From NCBI GenBank assembly GCA_016744065.1, contig JADGFA010000021.1, positions 4,174 through 68,173 of the forward strand: 64,000 bases of DNA, read 5' to 3'. A program made the position numbers and the translations under genes. This DNA is from Gammaproteobacteria bacterium (GTDB lineage Bacteria; Pseudomonadota; Gammaproteobacteria; SZUA-229). Shown here in pieces: positions 9,340-20,756 of this stretch (the stretch's first letter is position 1; each line of letters starts with the position of its first letter). A model generated the notes under the pieces. It saw only the letters and a program-made list of their open reading frames with translations, ran no database searches and had not been told where the DNA came from.

Positions 9340-10587
9340 ATGTTTAGACCGAAAGAACTTTATATCGGCCTCAGATATACACGCGCCAAGCGTCGTAATG
9401 GTTTTGTATCATTCATCGCATTAATTTCTATGTTAGGCATAGCGCTGGGTGTTGCATCACTCATTGTTGTCCTTTCTGTTATGAATGGCTTTGGTAAAGA
9501 ATTGCGTGAGCGTACATTGGGAATGACGGCCCATGCAACGGTTACCGGGCAAGATGGCAAGCTTGAAGACTGGCAGTCTATTCAGGTAAAAACGGCCATG
9601 CATCCAAATGTAATTGACTCTGCTCCTTTTACACAAAATGAAGCCATGTTGAGTAATCGTAATCGTGTGAGTGGTGCAATCATTCGAGGTGTTATGCCTG
9701 ATCTGGAGCCCAATGTTTCTGAGATCGCTGACAAAATGGTTTCTGGCCGATTATCAGATTTAAAAGCAGGCGAATTTGGTATTATCCTGGGGCGTGAACT
9801 GGCTAATGCGATGGGTGTATTTGAAGGCGAAAAAGTGACTGTTATTACGCCTCAGGCCAATGTGACACCTGTAGGCGTTATGCCTCGCTTAAGGCGCTTT
9901 ACAGTTATGGGTGTGTTTGAGGCGGGAATGCATCAGTTTGATCGTTCCATGGCTTTTATACATATGAAGGATGCACAGAAATTATTTAGCATGGGTATTA
10001 AAGTTGAAGGTGTTCGACTTAAGCTTGATGATATGTTCAGTGCATATGAAGTGACCCATGCGTTAGATAAAACATTGGGTGAAGATTACTGGGTTCGAGA
10101 CTGGACCAAAATGCACAGTAATTTATTTAAAGCATTAAAGACAGAAAAAGTAGTCATGTTTATTATTCTGTTATTAATTGTTGCGGTAGCGGCATTTAAT
10201 ATTATTTCTACGCTGGTGATGACGGTTAATGACAAGCAGGCTGATATTGCTATTTTGCGCACTATTGGAATGACACCTAACAGCCTGATGTGGGTGTTTA
10301 TTGTACAGGGTGTGGTGATTGGTTTAGTGGGTACCATATTAGGTGTGATAATTGGTGTGCCTGTTGCACTATATGTGAATGAAATAGTGGGTTTCATCGA
10401 AGGTTTAATGAATACAAAATTCCTGCCGGCAGATGTTTATTACATTACAGAGCTAAAATCAGATTTACGTTTGTCTGATGTGTTGACCTATACCGCATCT
10501 GCATTTGGCCTGTCCGTACTGGCGACTATTTATCCTGCTTATCGTGCTGCACGAATTCAGCCTGCAGATGCACTGAGGTACGAATGA
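9340..10587 (+). CDS. lolC: lipoprotein-releasing ABC transporter permease (LolC/LolE/LolF family)
   Basis: 415 aa with MacB/FtsX-type topology and a large periplasmic loop. Starts LYIGLRYTRAKRRNGFVSFI and ends AARIQPADALRYE. Its stop overlaps lolD (ATGA). Confidence 0.8.
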   Translation: MFRPKELYIGLRYTRAKRRNGFVSFIALISMLGIALGVASLIVVLSVMNGFGKELRERTLGMTAHATVTGQDGKLEDWQSIQVKTAMHPNVIDSAPFTQNEAMLSNRNRVSGAIIRGVMPDLEPNVSEIADKMVSGRLSDLKAGEFGIILGRELANAMGVFEGEKVTVITPQANVTPVGVMPRLRRFTVMGVFEAGMHQFDRSMAFIHMKDAQKLFSMGIKVEGVRLKLDDMFSAYEVTHALDKTLGEDYWVRDWTKMHSNLFKALKTEKVVMFIILLLIVAVAAFNIISTLVMTVNDKQADIAILRTIGMTPNSLMWVFIVQGVVIGLVGTILGVIIGVPVALYVNEIVGFIEGLMNTKFLPADVYYITELKSDLRLSDVLTYTASAFGLSVLATIYPAYRAARIQPADALRYE

Positions 10588-11321
10588 TGCCTTTAATTGA
10601 TCGGTTTTCAGATTCACAAATGTTTCCAAATGGTACTGGCGCTCCCATTGCTTTAGAAGCAGTGGATTTGTGTATGACTTTTAATGAGGGTGGTGGAAGC
10701 CAGCTGGAGATTTTAAAAAATATAAACCTGACAATAAAGGCGGGTGAAAAAATTGCCATTGTTGGTGCATCCGGTTCCGGTAAAAGCACTTTGCTGCATT
10801 TATTGGGAGGCCTGGATAAACCGACATCGGGACAGGTGTTTGTTGATGAAAAAGACCTGTTTCGTATGTCAGAAAAAGAGCGTTGCCGGGTACGTAATAA
10901 TTACATGGGATTTGTTTATCAGTTTCATCATTTATTAGCTGAATTTAGTGCAGAAGAAAATGTGGCTATGCCTGCATTAGTCCGTGGTACGAGTCCATCA
11001 CAGGCTCTGACTAAAGCAGAAATACTGCTTGAAAAAGTAGGTATGACGGGGCGTTTAAAACATAAGCCTGCAGAGCTTTCAGGAGGTGAACGTCAACGTG
11101 CCGCGATAGCTCGTGCAGTGATTAATGAGCCTCGTTGTATCTGTGCTGATGAGCCAACGGGTAATCTGGATAAAACAACGGCGAATCAGGTGATTCAGGT
11201 GTTATTGCGTTTGAATAAAGAGTTTGATACCAGTTTGATTGTGGTGACGCATGACATGGAACTGGCTAAAAAAATGGATACGATTTATACCATTGAAAGT
11301 GGTCATTTAAAGGCGCTTTAG
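10584..11321 (+). CDS. lolD: lipoprotein-releasing ABC transporter ATP-binding protein LolD
   Basis: Walker A GASGSGKST, ABC signature LSGGERQR and Walker B CICADEPT. Translationally coupled to the permease gene. Confidence 0.85.
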   Translation: MMPLIDRFSDSQMFPNGTGAPIALEAVDLCMTFNEGGGSQLEILKNINLTIKAGEKIAIVGASGSGKSTLLHLLGGLDKPTSGQVFVDEKDLFRMSEKERCRVRNNYMGFVYQFHHLLAEFSAEENVAMPALVRGTSPSQALTKAEILLEKVGMTGRLKHKPAELSGGERQRAAIARAVINEPRCICADEPTGNLDKTTANQVIQVLLRLNKEFDTSLIVVTHDMELAKKMDTIYTIESGHLKAL

Positions 11322-11381
11322 GTGTTACAGCAAAAGATATTAATAAAGCCGCCATTCTGGAATAAATGAGTTAAATTATTA

Positions 11382-12434
11382 ATGGTGAAAAAATCAACAA
11401 CCTCATTAAATGAGCGGTCACAATCTTTATTAAAAGCGCTTATTAATTGTTATGTTGAAGAAGGTTCGCCAGTGGGTTCAAAAACCCTGGCTGAAACCGC
11501 AGGTTTAAGTATTTCTACTGCCACTATTCGAAATGTAATGGCTAATCTCGATTCTATGGGGTTAGTGTCAGCACCTTATACTTCAGCAGGTCGTGTCCCT
11601 ACCAATATGGGGTTTCGTATGTACGTGGATTCCATGCTGGAATTCAGCCCCATAGAAAACGCAATCAAAGAGCGGTTACAACAAGAGCTAAATGCGGATC
11701 AGGATAAAGACACACTGATAAACATGGCGAATAACCTGTTGTCTGATATTACTCAGATGGCAGGGGTTATTACACTGCCTAAAAGTGGGCAGTTAAACTT
11801 GCGCCGTATTGAGTTTCTGCCCCTTCCAGACAAAAAAATACTCGCCATTCTGGTCGTAAATGAACGGGATGTGCAAAACCGAATTGTGCATGTGGATAAA
11901 GATTACACCCAGGACGAATTAATCAAAATCTCTAATTACCTGAATCAGCACTTTATGGGACGAGATATCTTTCAGATTCGGGCGCTTTTGGTAAAAGAAA
12001 TGCAGGGCGCACGTACCCAGGTTGATGATTTAATGGCAGCAGCCGTTAATTTAGCTAATCAGGCATTGGTACCTGATGAAGATAATGAAAGCTATCGGCT
12101 ACAGGGGCAGGCTAATTTAATTCGTTTTAATGAAGACGATAATGCCAGTCAGTTGCAGCAGCTATTTCAGGTGTTTCAAAATAAGCGGGATATGCTAGGG
12201 CTGCTGGATCGTTGTATACAGGCAGAAGATATGCAGGTATTTATAGGGTCAGAAGCGGGCATAGACGGGCTGGAAGATTTTAGCGTGATTTCTGTACCTT
12301 ATGGTACTAAAGATAATATTCTGGGTGTGCTTGGGGTGATTGGGCCAACGCGGATGGAGTATAGCAAAGTAATATCCGCAGTGGATATTACAGCTCGATT
12401 TTTAAGCCTTGCACTGGGTGCTGAGAAAAATTAA
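11382..12434 (+). CDS. hrcA: heat-inducible transcription repressor HrcA
   Basis: 350 aa. The N-terminal winged helix reads LNERSQSLLKALINCYVEEGSPVGSKTLAE. The gene lies upstream of grpE-dnaK-dnaJ. Confidence 0.9.
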   Translation: MVKKSTTSLNERSQSLLKALINCYVEEGSPVGSKTLAETAGLSISTATIRNVMANLDSMGLVSAPYTSAGRVPTNMGFRMYVDSMLEFSPIENAIKERLQQELNADQDKDTLINMANNLLSDITQMAGVITLPKSGQLNLRRIEFLPLPDKKILAILVVNERDVQNRIVHVDKDYTQDELIKISNYLNQHFMGRDIFQIRALLVKEMQGARTQVDDLMAAAVNLANQALVPDEDNESYRLQGQANLIRFNEDDNASQLQQLFQVFQNKRDMLGLLDRCIQAEDMQVFIGSEAGIDGLEDFSVISVPYGTKDNILGVLGVIGPTRMEYSKVISAVDITARFLSLALGAEKN

Positions 12435-12470
12435 AAGCAGCTTAGCTGGCTTTTAGTCTTTTGTTTCTAA

Positions 12471-12503
12471 CCCCTTGAAACCTCAATAGAATATCCCCAT
12501 ATT
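12471..12503 (+). promoter_or_regulatory. sigma32 (RpoH)-type heat-shock promoter for grpE
   Basis: CCCCTTGAAA (12471-12480), 14 nt, then CCCCATAT (12495-12502). This matches the consensus CCCTTGAA-N13-15-CCCCATNT and sits 34 nt before the grpE ATG. Confidence 0.75.
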
Positions 12504-12536
12504 GCTAACAGACTTAAAAATTGATGGAGACTGGCG

Positions 12537-13139
12537 ATGTCAAACGAGGAAATCCTCGATAAGAACCAACAAGATGTGGCTGTAGATGGTGAGCTTTTGT
12601 CTGCTGAAGAAGCAGCCGAAGAAGCACTGGAAGCGGTTAATGAAACTGAAAGTGAAGCTTTTTCACCAGAAGAGATGATTGAACGCCTGGAACAGGCAGA
12701 AAAAAAAGCATCTGAAAACTGGGATCAGTTACTGCGCACCAAAGCAGAGATGGATAATATTCGTCGGCGTACTCAGAAAGACCTGGAAAATGCCCATAAA
12801 TTTGCATTAGAGAAATTTGTTTCTGAAATGCTCGCGGTAAAAGACAGTCTGGAAATGGGCATTGATGCAGCAGGGCAGGAAAACGCAAATGTTGATAATC
12901 TGCGTGAAGGCAGTGAAATGACATTAACCATGTTATCCGGTGTATTCGAAAAATTTAATGTAGTTGAGCTAAACCCTGTGGGTGAAAAGTTTAATGCAGA
13001 ACATCATCAGGCGATGTCAATGCAGCCCAGTGATGAGCATGAGCCAAATATGGTAATAGCAGTGATGCAGAAAGGCTACCTGTTAAACGATCGCCTGGTG
13101 CGTCCAGCGATGGTGATGGTATCAAAAGCAGCTGATTAA
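12537..13139 (+). CDS. grpE: nucleotide exchange factor GrpE
   Basis: 200 aa with an acidic N-terminus, the coiled-coil segment LRTKAEMDNIRRRTQKDLENAHKFALEKF and the C-terminal GYLLNDRLVRPAMVMV. Confidence 0.9.
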   Translation: MSNEEILDKNQQDVAVDGELLSAEEAAEEALEAVNETESEAFSPEEMIERLEQAEKKASENWDQLLRTKAEMDNIRRRTQKDLENAHKFALEKFVSEMLAVKDSLEMGIDAAGQENANVDNLREGSEMTLTMLSGVFEKFNVVELNPVGEKFNAEHHQAMSMQPSDEHEPNMVIAVMQKGYLLNDRLVRPAMVMVSKAAD

Positions 13140-13308
13140 CTGTAACGGCTGGGCTTACCTCTGAGAGGCTTTATGTCTTCGTTGGAAAATGGACACTTAT
13201 ATTTATAATAAGCTCACATTTTTTGCCCTGACCTGAAATCATTAAGGGTGACCTGAGCAATTACAGAAAAAATATACTGGAAAGAAGCGCATAAAACGCT
13301 TTAAACCA

Positions 13309-13335
13309 TTGAAAAATAAAAACCAGCCCTTATCT
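13309..13335 (+). promoter_or_regulatory. probable sigma32-type promoter for dnaK
   Basis: TTGAAA (13309-13314), 13 nt, then CCTTATCT (13328-13335), ~40 nt upstream of the dnaK ATG. A weaker match than the grpE promoter. Confidence 0.5.
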
Positions 13336-13374
13336 AAGGGATAAGTTAAAAATTAAGCATTTTTGGAGCAAAAC

Positions 13375-15312
13375 ATGGCTAAAATTATCGGCATCGACCT
13401 GGGTACAACTAACTCATGTGTCGCAATTATGGATGGTGATGCACCCCGTATCATTGAAAACTCAGAGGGTGATCGTACCACTCCTTCCATCGTAGCATTC
13501 GGTGAAGGTGATGAAGTTATGGTAGGTCAGTCTGCAAAGCGTCAGGCAGTCACTAATCCAGAAAATACATTATTCGCGACTAAGCGTTTGATTGGTCGTC
13601 GTTTTGAAGAAGACGTTGTTCAGCGCGATATCAAGCTTGTACCGTATAACATTATTAAAGCAGACAACGGTGATGCATGGATTGAAGCCCATGGTAACAA
13701 GATGGCTCCACCCGAGGTGGCTGCACGTATTCTTCAGAAAATGAAGAAAACAGCAGAAGAATATCTGGGTGAAGAAGTAACAGAAGCCGTTGTAACGGTG
13801 CCAGCTTACTTCAATGATTCACAGCGTCAGGCAACTAAAGATGCGGGTAAAATTGCCGGTCTTGAAGTTAAACGTATTATTAATGAGCCAACAGCTGCGG
13901 CACTGGCTTATGGAATGGATAAGAAGCTTAAGGGTGATTCTACCATTGCGGTATATGACCTGGGTGGTGGTACATTCGACGTATCCATTATTGAAATTGC
14001 AGAAATTGATGGTGAGCATCAGTTTGAAGTACTGGCAACCAATGGTGATACATTCCTTGGTGGTGAAGACTTCGATATGCGCCTGATTGATTATCTTTCA
14101 GATGAATTTAAGAAAGATACAGGCATGGATCTACATAATGATCCATTGGCTTTACAGCGTTTGAAAGAAGCCGCTGAAAAAGCAAAAATTGAGCTGTCTA
14201 ACAGTCAGCAAACGGACGTGAATCTGCCTTATATTACTGCAGATGCATCGGGGCCAAAACACCTTAATCTTAAACTGACTCGTGCAAAACTGGAGTCACT
14301 GGTTGAAGATCTGGTTGAACGTACAATCGCACCCTGTAAAACAGCATTGTCTGATGCAGGCCTGAGTGTAGGTGAGATTAATGATGTAATACTTGTTGGT
14401 GGTCAGAGTCGTATGCCAATGGTTCAGGAAGCGGTTAAGAACTTTTTTGGTAAAGAAGCGCGTAAGGATGTAAATCCGGATGAAGCTGTTGCGATGGGTG
14501 CATCAATTCAGGGCGGTGTACTGGGTGGTGATGTTAATGACATTCTGTTACTCGACGTAACGCCTCTGTCTCTGGGTATCGAAACCATGGGTGGTGTAAT
14601 GACCAAACTGGTTGAGAAAAATACCACGATTCCAACTAAGGCGTCACAGGTCTTCTCAACAGCGGATGACAATCAGGCAGCGGTAACAGTTCATGTGCTT
14701 CAGGGCGAACGCGAGATGGCGACAGGTAATAAGTCACTGGGTCGTTTTGATCTGGCAGACATTCCACCAGCTGCTCGGGGCGTGCCACAAATTGAAGTAT
14801 CATTCGACATTGATGCAAATGGTATTTTGAATGTGTCGGCGAAAGATAAAGCAACGGGTAAAGAGCAGTCTATTGTGATTAAAGCCTCTTCGGGTCTGTC
14901 GGACGAAGAAGTTGAAAACATGATTAAAGATGCAGAAGCGCACGCTGAAGAAGATCGTAAACAAAAAGAGCTGGTAGAAGTGCGTAATACGGCTGATAAC
15001 CTGATTCATGCATCTGAAAAATCACTAAAAGACCTGGGTGACCAGGTAGAAGAAAGTGAAAAGACTGCAATTGAAGCGGCTGTTACTGAGCTTAAAGAAG
15101 CGGTTGCCGGTAACGATAAAGAACTTATCGAAACTAAAACAGCAGCATTAACTGAAGTGGCGGGCAAAGTAGCTGAAAAAGCGTATGCTCAATCGCAACA
15201 GCAAGATGGTGCAGCAGCAGGTGCAGAAGAAGCCAGTGATGGTTCTAATGCCGCAGATGATGAAGTGGTCGATGCTGAGTTTGAAGAAGTAAAAGAAGAC
15301 GATAAGAAATAA
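13375..15312 (+). CDS. dnaK: molecular chaperone DnaK (Hsp70)
   Basis: [31 protein letters not shown] and the acidic C-terminus are canonical. I prefer ATG 13375 (preceded by GGAG) to the TTG at 13363 in the ORF track. Confidence 0.97.
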   Translation: MAKIIGIDLGTTNSCVAIMDGDAPRIIENSEGDRTTPSIVAFGEGDEVMVGQSAKRQAVTNPENTLFATKRLIGRRFEEDVVQRDIKLVPYNIIKADNGDAWIEAHGNKMAPPEVAARILQKMKKTAEEYLGEEVTEAVVTVPAYFNDSQRQATKDAGKIAGLEVKRIINEPTAAALAYGMDKKLKGDSTIAVYDLGGGTFDVSIIEIAEIDGEHQFEVLATNGDTFLGGEDFDMRLIDYLSDEFKKDTGMDLHNDPLALQRLKEAAEKAKIELSNSQQTDVNLPYITADASGPKHLNLKLTRAKLESLVEDLVERTIAPCKTALSDAGLSVGEINDVILVGGQSRMPMVQEAVKNFFGKEARKDVNPDEAVAMGASIQGGVLGGDVNDILLLDVTPLSLGIETMGGVMTKLVEKNTTIPTKASQVFSTADDNQAAVTVHVLQGEREMATGNKSLGRFDLADIPPAARGVPQIEVSFDIDANGILNVSAKDKATGKEQSIVIKASSGLSDEEVENMIKDAEAHAEEDRKQKELVEVRNTADNLIHASEKSLKDLGDQVEESEKTAIEAAVTELKEAVAGNDKELIETKTAALTEVAGKVAEKAYAQSQQQDGAAAGAEEASDGSNAADDEVVDAEFEEVKEDDKK

Positions 15313-15344
15313 ATTATTTTCTTAGGCATTTAGCCGTTACAAAG

Positions 15345-15372
15345 TGCCTGGTTTTTTAGCCGGGCATTTTGT
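15345..15372 (+). terminator. probable intrinsic terminator after dnaK
   Basis: Stem TGCCTGG (15345-15351) / CCGGGCA (15360-15366) with one G-U pair, followed by TTTTGTGTGTTT. Confidence 0.45.
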
Positions 15373-15525
15373 GTGTTTAAAAGTTGTTTTCTGTTAATAA
15401 ACAAAAAACACACTAATAAACCTATAATTTAAATTGAGGTGCCAGATGGTGCCACACCTTAAAACACATTCGCGTTCATCTGCTGTAAAAAATAATATAC
15501 AGTTGTAAGAAAGAGACAATTAAGT

Positions 15526-16668
15526 ATGTCAAAACGAGATTATTACGAAATTTTAGGGATATCCAGAGACGCAAATGAAGCGGCTATTAAAAAAGCGTTT
15601 AAGCGTCTGGCGATGAAACATCACCCAGATAGAAATACGGATGATGCTGAAGCAGCGGAAGAAAAATTTAAAGAAGGCAAAGAAGCCTACGATATATTGT
15701 CTGATGCACAAAAGCGTGCAGCTTATGACCAGTATGGCCATGCGGGTGTAGATACATCTGCGGGTGGCGGCCCAGGTTATGGTGCAGGTGCTGGGAATTT
15801 CAGTGATATTTTTGGTGATGTTTTTGGTGATATTTTTGGCGGAAGTGGCGGTGCGGGTGGCCACAGCCGTTCATACCGCGGTTCAGACCTTCGTTATAAT
15901 ATGGAGCTTAGTCTTGAAGAAGCCGTTGCTGGTACAACGATCAAAATTAAAATACCCACACTGGTAGGCTGTAAAACCTGCAATGGCAGTGGAGCTAAAA
16001 AAGGATCATCCCCCACTACCTGTACAACCTGTGGTGGTACCGGACAGGTGCGTATTCAACAGGGTTTTTTCTCAGTTCAGCAAACCTGTCCTCATTGTCA
16101 CGGGCAGGGTAAAACAATATCTGATCCCTGTGGAGATTGTCATGGGCAGGGTAGAATTGAAGAACGTAAGACGCTCTCTGTAAAAGTCCCACCAGGAGTA
16201 GATAATGGTGATCGTATCCGGTTATCAGGTGAAGGTGAAGCGGGAGAAAACGCAGGTCCACCAGGTGATTTATATGTTCAGATTCACGTAAAATCACATG
16301 CAATATTTGAGCGTGATGGTAGTAATCTGTTATGCCAGGTCCCTATTAGCGTTGCTACTGCGGCATTAGGTGGTGATCTTGAGGTGCCAACATTAAATGG
16401 TCGTGTTAAGCTGAAGATACCAGGTGAAACACAAACGGGTAAATTATTCCGTTTAAAAGGAAAGGGTGTTAAGCCTGTTCGTGGTGGTATGGTTGGTGAC
16501 CTGATGTGTAAAGTTGTCATTGAAACGCCGGTTAAATTAACATCTAAACAAAAAGATTTACTGAGAGAGTTTGAAAAAAGCATTCACGGTGATAATAAAA
16601 ATCACAATCCGCAGGGCAGTAACTGGGTGAATGGGGTTAAGAAATTTTTTGATGATATGAAGCTCTAA
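15526..16668 (+). CDS. dnaJ: molecular chaperone DnaJ
   Basis: J domain with HPD, a G/F-rich linker and four CxxCxGxG zinc motifs ([32 protein letters not shown]). Confidence 0.97.
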   Translation: MSKRDYYEILGISRDANEAAIKKAFKRLAMKHHPDRNTDDAEAAEEKFKEGKEAYDILSDAQKRAAYDQYGHAGVDTSAGGGPGYGAGAGNFSDIFGDVFGDIFGGSGGAGGHSRSYRGSDLRYNMELSLEEAVAGTTIKIKIPTLVGCKTCNGSGAKKGSSPTTCTTCGGTGQVRIQQGFFSVQQTCPHCHGQGKTISDPCGDCHGQGRIEERKTLSVKVPPGVDNGDRIRLSGEGEAGENAGPPGDLYVQIHVKSHAIFERDGSNLLCQVPISVATAALGGDLEVPTLNGRVKLKIPGETQTGKLFRLKGKGVKPVRGGMVGDLMCKVVIETPVKLTSKQKDLLREFEKSIHGDNKNHNPQGSNWVNGVKKFFDDMKL

Positions 16669-16843
16669 TAGTTTGTTGAAATACACTCACGTAGCATGAT
16701 ATGAGTTAAGATTAGTCTGGAATGTGGTACGAAATGGAAAGTTTCGTACAGATTAAAGCGTGTTGTTTATCTAATTTAATTTGTATTTATCTGAGCATTT
16801 TTAATAAACTGCCAGGGTATCTCTTCAGTACACAGGGGGTCTG

Positions 16844-17326
16844 ATGGTTTCACGTAGACGTTTGCTCACAAGTTTTACTAGCGTTGTAGCTGGTTTTTTT
16901 GCTAGTCGTAATGTAAGTGCATCTGAAGAAACATCAGGTGACGAGTTACGTTTTCCTGGTGACCCTACTGAACATAATGTTGTTTATCAGCTGAATAAAT
17001 CTGATCCATCCTACCATGATGCAATACTGTTCTCAGCCGCTGAAATGCTGCGAAAGTACAATGATAATATAACTATAGTTATAACTGCATTTGGCCCCGG
17101 TATACATACATTAGGCAAAAATCCACAACGTTTCGTTTCTAATCAGGTTAAACAAAAAATAAAAAGCATGGCGAGTTATGGTGTAAAATTTCATGCCTGT
17201 GGTAATACGATGCAGTCATTAGGCTGGGAAAAAGCAGATCTGTATGATTTTGTTGAAGTGGTTCAGGTTGGTGCTGCGGATCTACTTGAGTTGCAGGAAG
17301 AGGGTTACAGCTACATTAGCTGGTAG
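16844..17326 (+). CDS. DsrE/DsrF-like family protein with a Tat-type signal peptide
   Basis: 160 aa. Leader MVSRRRLLTSFTSVVAGFFASRNVSA; core VVYQLN...ITAFGPGIHTL...FHACGNTM resembles COG1416 DsrE-related proteins. Confidence 0.55.
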   Translation: MVSRRRLLTSFTSVVAGFFASRNVSASEETSGDELRFPGDPTEHNVVYQLNKSDPSYHDAILFSAAEMLRKYNDNITIVITAFGPGIHTLGKNPQRFVSNQVKQKIKSMASYGVKFHACGNTMQSLGWEKADLYDFVEVVQVGAADLLELQEEGYSYISW

Positions 17327-17408
17327 GGTAATAAAGTATTTAACCAGTAATGATGTGTATACAGGCAGACGTTATAGAGCAATACGTTGTAATTAAAATT
17401 ATTTTTAG

Positions 17409-18218
<810 letters not shown>

Positions 18219-18375
18219 CTATTTAACTTGTTCCCTGTACAACGGCATGCTGTGTTGAGAAATGGATTTTTACATTTTTCGTCCTGGTCTGAAACTGTGC
18301 AGCAGCAAGCTGAATCGTTGCATAAATATTTATTCTTATTTATTGACAGTGAAAAATATTATCAAAGGTAAAGTT

Positions 18376-19320
18376 ATGAAATTTGCGTGTGTATTTCCGG
18401 GGCAGGGGTCTCAATCTATTGGTATGATGGCTGAACTGGCTGAAGTTTACCCAGTAGTTGATGAACTGTTTTCTAAAGCATCCAAAGTTTTAAAATATGA
18501 TCTGTGGGAACTTATTCAGGAAGGTGAAGCTGAAGAGCTGAACAAAACAGAAGTGACTCAGCCAGCCATGCTGGTTGCGGGCGTTGCGGTTTATGAAATT
18601 TTAAAAAGTAAACTGGAAAAAGAACCTGAAATAATGGCGGGTCATAGTCTGGGTGAATATACGGCGCTGGTTTGTGCGGGTGCGCTTGACTTTGAAGTAG
18701 CCGTTAAACTTGTGGCTAAACGCGGTAAGTTAATGCAGGCGGCCGTGCCCGATGGTGTAGGGGCAATGGCAGCTATCCTGGGCCTGGATGATGATGTCGT
18801 AAAAGAAATTTGTGATATGTGCAGTGATGATAATTTTGCATGTCAGGCGGTTAATTTTAATTCACCAGGCCAGATTGTTATTGCAGGTAATATTCAGGCG
18901 GTGGAAACGGCAATGGCCATTGCAAAAGATAAGGGAGCAAAACGCGCATTAAAACTCCCAGTAAGTGTGCCATCGCATTCCAGATTGATGGAAGGTGCAG
19001 CTAAAAAATTAAATACATACCTGAAAGATATAAAAATAAAAAAAGCCTCAACCATTCCTGTCATTCAGAATGTTGCAGCTAAAAATTATACAAAGCCTGC
19101 AGATGTTAAAAAAAATCTGGTTAAGCAATTACATAACCCTGTTTTGTGGGTTGATAGTATTAATAACATAATTGCTGTAGGTATAGATACCATAGTTGAA
19201 TGTGGCCCGGGTAAAGTATTAATGGGTTTGAATAAACGTATTAATAAAGAAGTAGCGCATTTTACAATTAATGATGTAGAAACATTAGATAAAACGCTTG
19301 AAGAGATAACTTCTAAATAA
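18376..19320 (+). CDS. fabD: ACP S-malonyltransferase
   Basis: MKFACVFPGQGSQS..., the active site GHSLGEY, and its position ahead of fabG-acpP-fabF. I prefer ATG 18376; the upstream 38 codons in the ORF track look non-coding. Confidence 0.93.
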   Translation: MKFACVFPGQGSQSIGMMAELAEVYPVVDELFSKASKVLKYDLWELIQEGEAEELNKTEVTQPAMLVAGVAVYEILKSKLEKEPEIMAGHSLGEYTALVCAGALDFEVAVKLVAKRGKLMQAAVPDGVGAMAAILGLDDDVVKEICDMCSDDNFACQAVNFNSPGQIVIAGNIQAVETAMAIAKDKGAKRALKLPVSVPSHSRLMEGAAKKLNTYLKDIKIKKASTIPVIQNVAAKNYTKPADVKKNLVKQLHNPVLWVDSINNIIAVGIDTIVECGPGKVLMGLNKRINKEVAHFTINDVETLDKTLEEITSK

Positions 19321-19387
19321 ACATTGTTCTTTTGAGTGTAAGTGAAGGAGCTGGTTTGTTGTATAAACAGGTTAAATTATGAAGCAG

Positions 19388-19415
19388 GTTCCTTCGGCTT
19401 CGCTCTGGATGACAG
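19388..19415. repeat. solo half-copy of the palindromic repeat family (one arm only)
   Basis: GGTTCCTTCGGCTTCGCTCTGGATGACAGG resembles the right arm GATCCTTCGCATTCGCTCAGGATGACAGT of the 77-bp element at 27637-27713. Confidence 0.5.
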
Positions 19416-19476
19416 GTTGTATTATTTAAACTGGCTATCAAATTAACTTTGATAGCGAGAATAGAGAGAAAACAAT

Positions 19477-20229
19477 ATGAATTTAGAAAATCAAATTGCA
19501 TTAGTAACCGGTGCCAGTCGTGGTATTGGTAAAGCGATAGCAGAAACATTAGCTGCTGCTGGTGCGACGGTTATTGGTACGGCAACATCTGATGGCGGCG
19601 CAGAAAAAATAACAGAATATCTGTCATGCATATCTGTGAAAGGTGAAACTGGCAAGGGTATGTGCCTTAATGTTGCTGATGATGCATCCATCAAAGATGT
19701 GATGAAAGCGATTAAAGATAATTTCGGTAATATAAGCATACTGGTTAATAACGCGGGCATTACCCGTGACAATCTGTTAATGATTATGAAAGATGATCAA
19801 TGGGATGATATTATCCAGACTAACCTGACATCTATTTTTAAAATGTCTAAAGCTGTAGTGCGTCCAATGATGAAGGCACGTTCAGGGCGTATAATTAATA
19901 TAACATCTGTTGTTGGTTTAACGGGTAACCCGGGACAGACAAATTACTCGGCAGCTAAAGCAGGTATTTTAGGTTTTAGTAAATCACTGGCTCGTGAAAT
20001 TGGCTCACGTAATATTACAGTGAACTCAGTTGCACCGGGTTTTATTGATACAGATATGACACGTGAGTTACCTGATGAGCAGCGGGAAGCATTAGTTTCA
20101 CAGATTCCGTTAAATAAACTGGGTGATCCACAGGATATTGCGAATGCAGTTGCATTTTTAGCTTCACCAGAAGCCGCGTATATTACCGGTGAAACAATTA
20201 ATGTTAACGGCGGCATGCACATGCCTTAA
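19477..20229 (+). CDS. fabG: 3-oxoacyl-ACP reductase
   Basis: TGASRGIGKAIA, NAG and YSAAKAG SDR motifs. 250 aa, in fab cluster context. Confidence 0.95.
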   Translation: MNLENQIALVTGASRGIGKAIAETLAAAGATVIGTATSDGGAEKITEYLSCISVKGETGKGMCLNVADDASIKDVMKAIKDNFGNISILVNNAGITRDNLLMIMKDDQWDDIIQTNLTSIFKMSKAVVRPMMKARSGRIINITSVVGLTGNPGQTNYSAAKAGILGFSKSLAREIGSRNITVNSVAPGFIDTDMTRELPDEQREALVSQIPLNKLGDPQDIANAVAFLASPEAAYITGETINVNGGMHMP

Positions 20230-20511
20230 AGGGCGTAAGCCGTTAAGTGGTATTTTTTTAGCCAGGATTATTAACTAGCTCAATTTGATTAAGAGGTGTA
20301 TTGATGCAGTTAAACAGGATATATCATTAAATTAGTCAGAAAAAGGCTTGATCTGGATTGTTGTATCAGACACTTGTCTGATTTAACTGCTTGATTTAAC
20401 TGACTTTTAATCTAAATCAAATAGATGAAAGAAATCACTGGTAGTCTGTGCCGTTATTCTCTAAAATACCGCGCAGTTCGAACATATTTGTAATTTTAAG
20501 AGGAAACATAC

Positions 20512-20745
20512 ATGAGCAGTGCAGAAGAACGCGTTCGCAAGATTGTTATAGAACAGCTAGGTGTAAAAGAAGATGAAGTAACTAACTCGGCTTCTTTTGT
20601 AGATGATCTGGGTGCTGATTCACTAGATACCGTTGAACTGGTAATGGCTTTGGAAGAGGAATTTGAATGTGAAATTCCTGATGAAGATGCTGAAAAAATT
20701 ACGACAGTTCAGCAAGCATTGGATTACGTTAACGCTAATAGTTAA
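20512..20745 (+). CDS. acpP: acyl carrier protein
   Basis: 77 aa with [19 protein letters not shown] around the phosphopantetheine serine. Confidence 0.97.
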   Translation: MSSAEERVRKIVIEQLGVKEDEVTNSASFVDDLGADSLDTVELVMALEEEFECEIPDEDAEKITTVQQALDYVNANS

Positions 20746-20756
20746 TCTGGTCCGTT

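Noticed and set aside
11322-13374. CIRCE (HrcA operator) upstream of hrcA, grpE or dnaK
   Set aside because: No TTAGCACTC-N9-GAGTGCTAA-like inverted repeat was seen by eye. Only sigma32-type promoters are visible.
13814-15009. Several 66-90-aa ORFs on both strands inside dnaK
   Set aside because: All are fully embedded in the canonical dnaK frame and have low-complexity, non-protein-like translations.
15553-16583. ORFs antisense to, or out of frame within, dnaJ
   Set aside because: They are embedded in a canonical gene. The Gly/Cys-rich codons of dnaJ generate long alternative frames.
18262-18375. 38-codon N-terminal extension of fabD in the ORF track
   Set aside because: FabD family proteins start at MxFAxxFPGQGSQ. 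The extension has no homology-like features, and ATG 18376 follows a plausible RBS.
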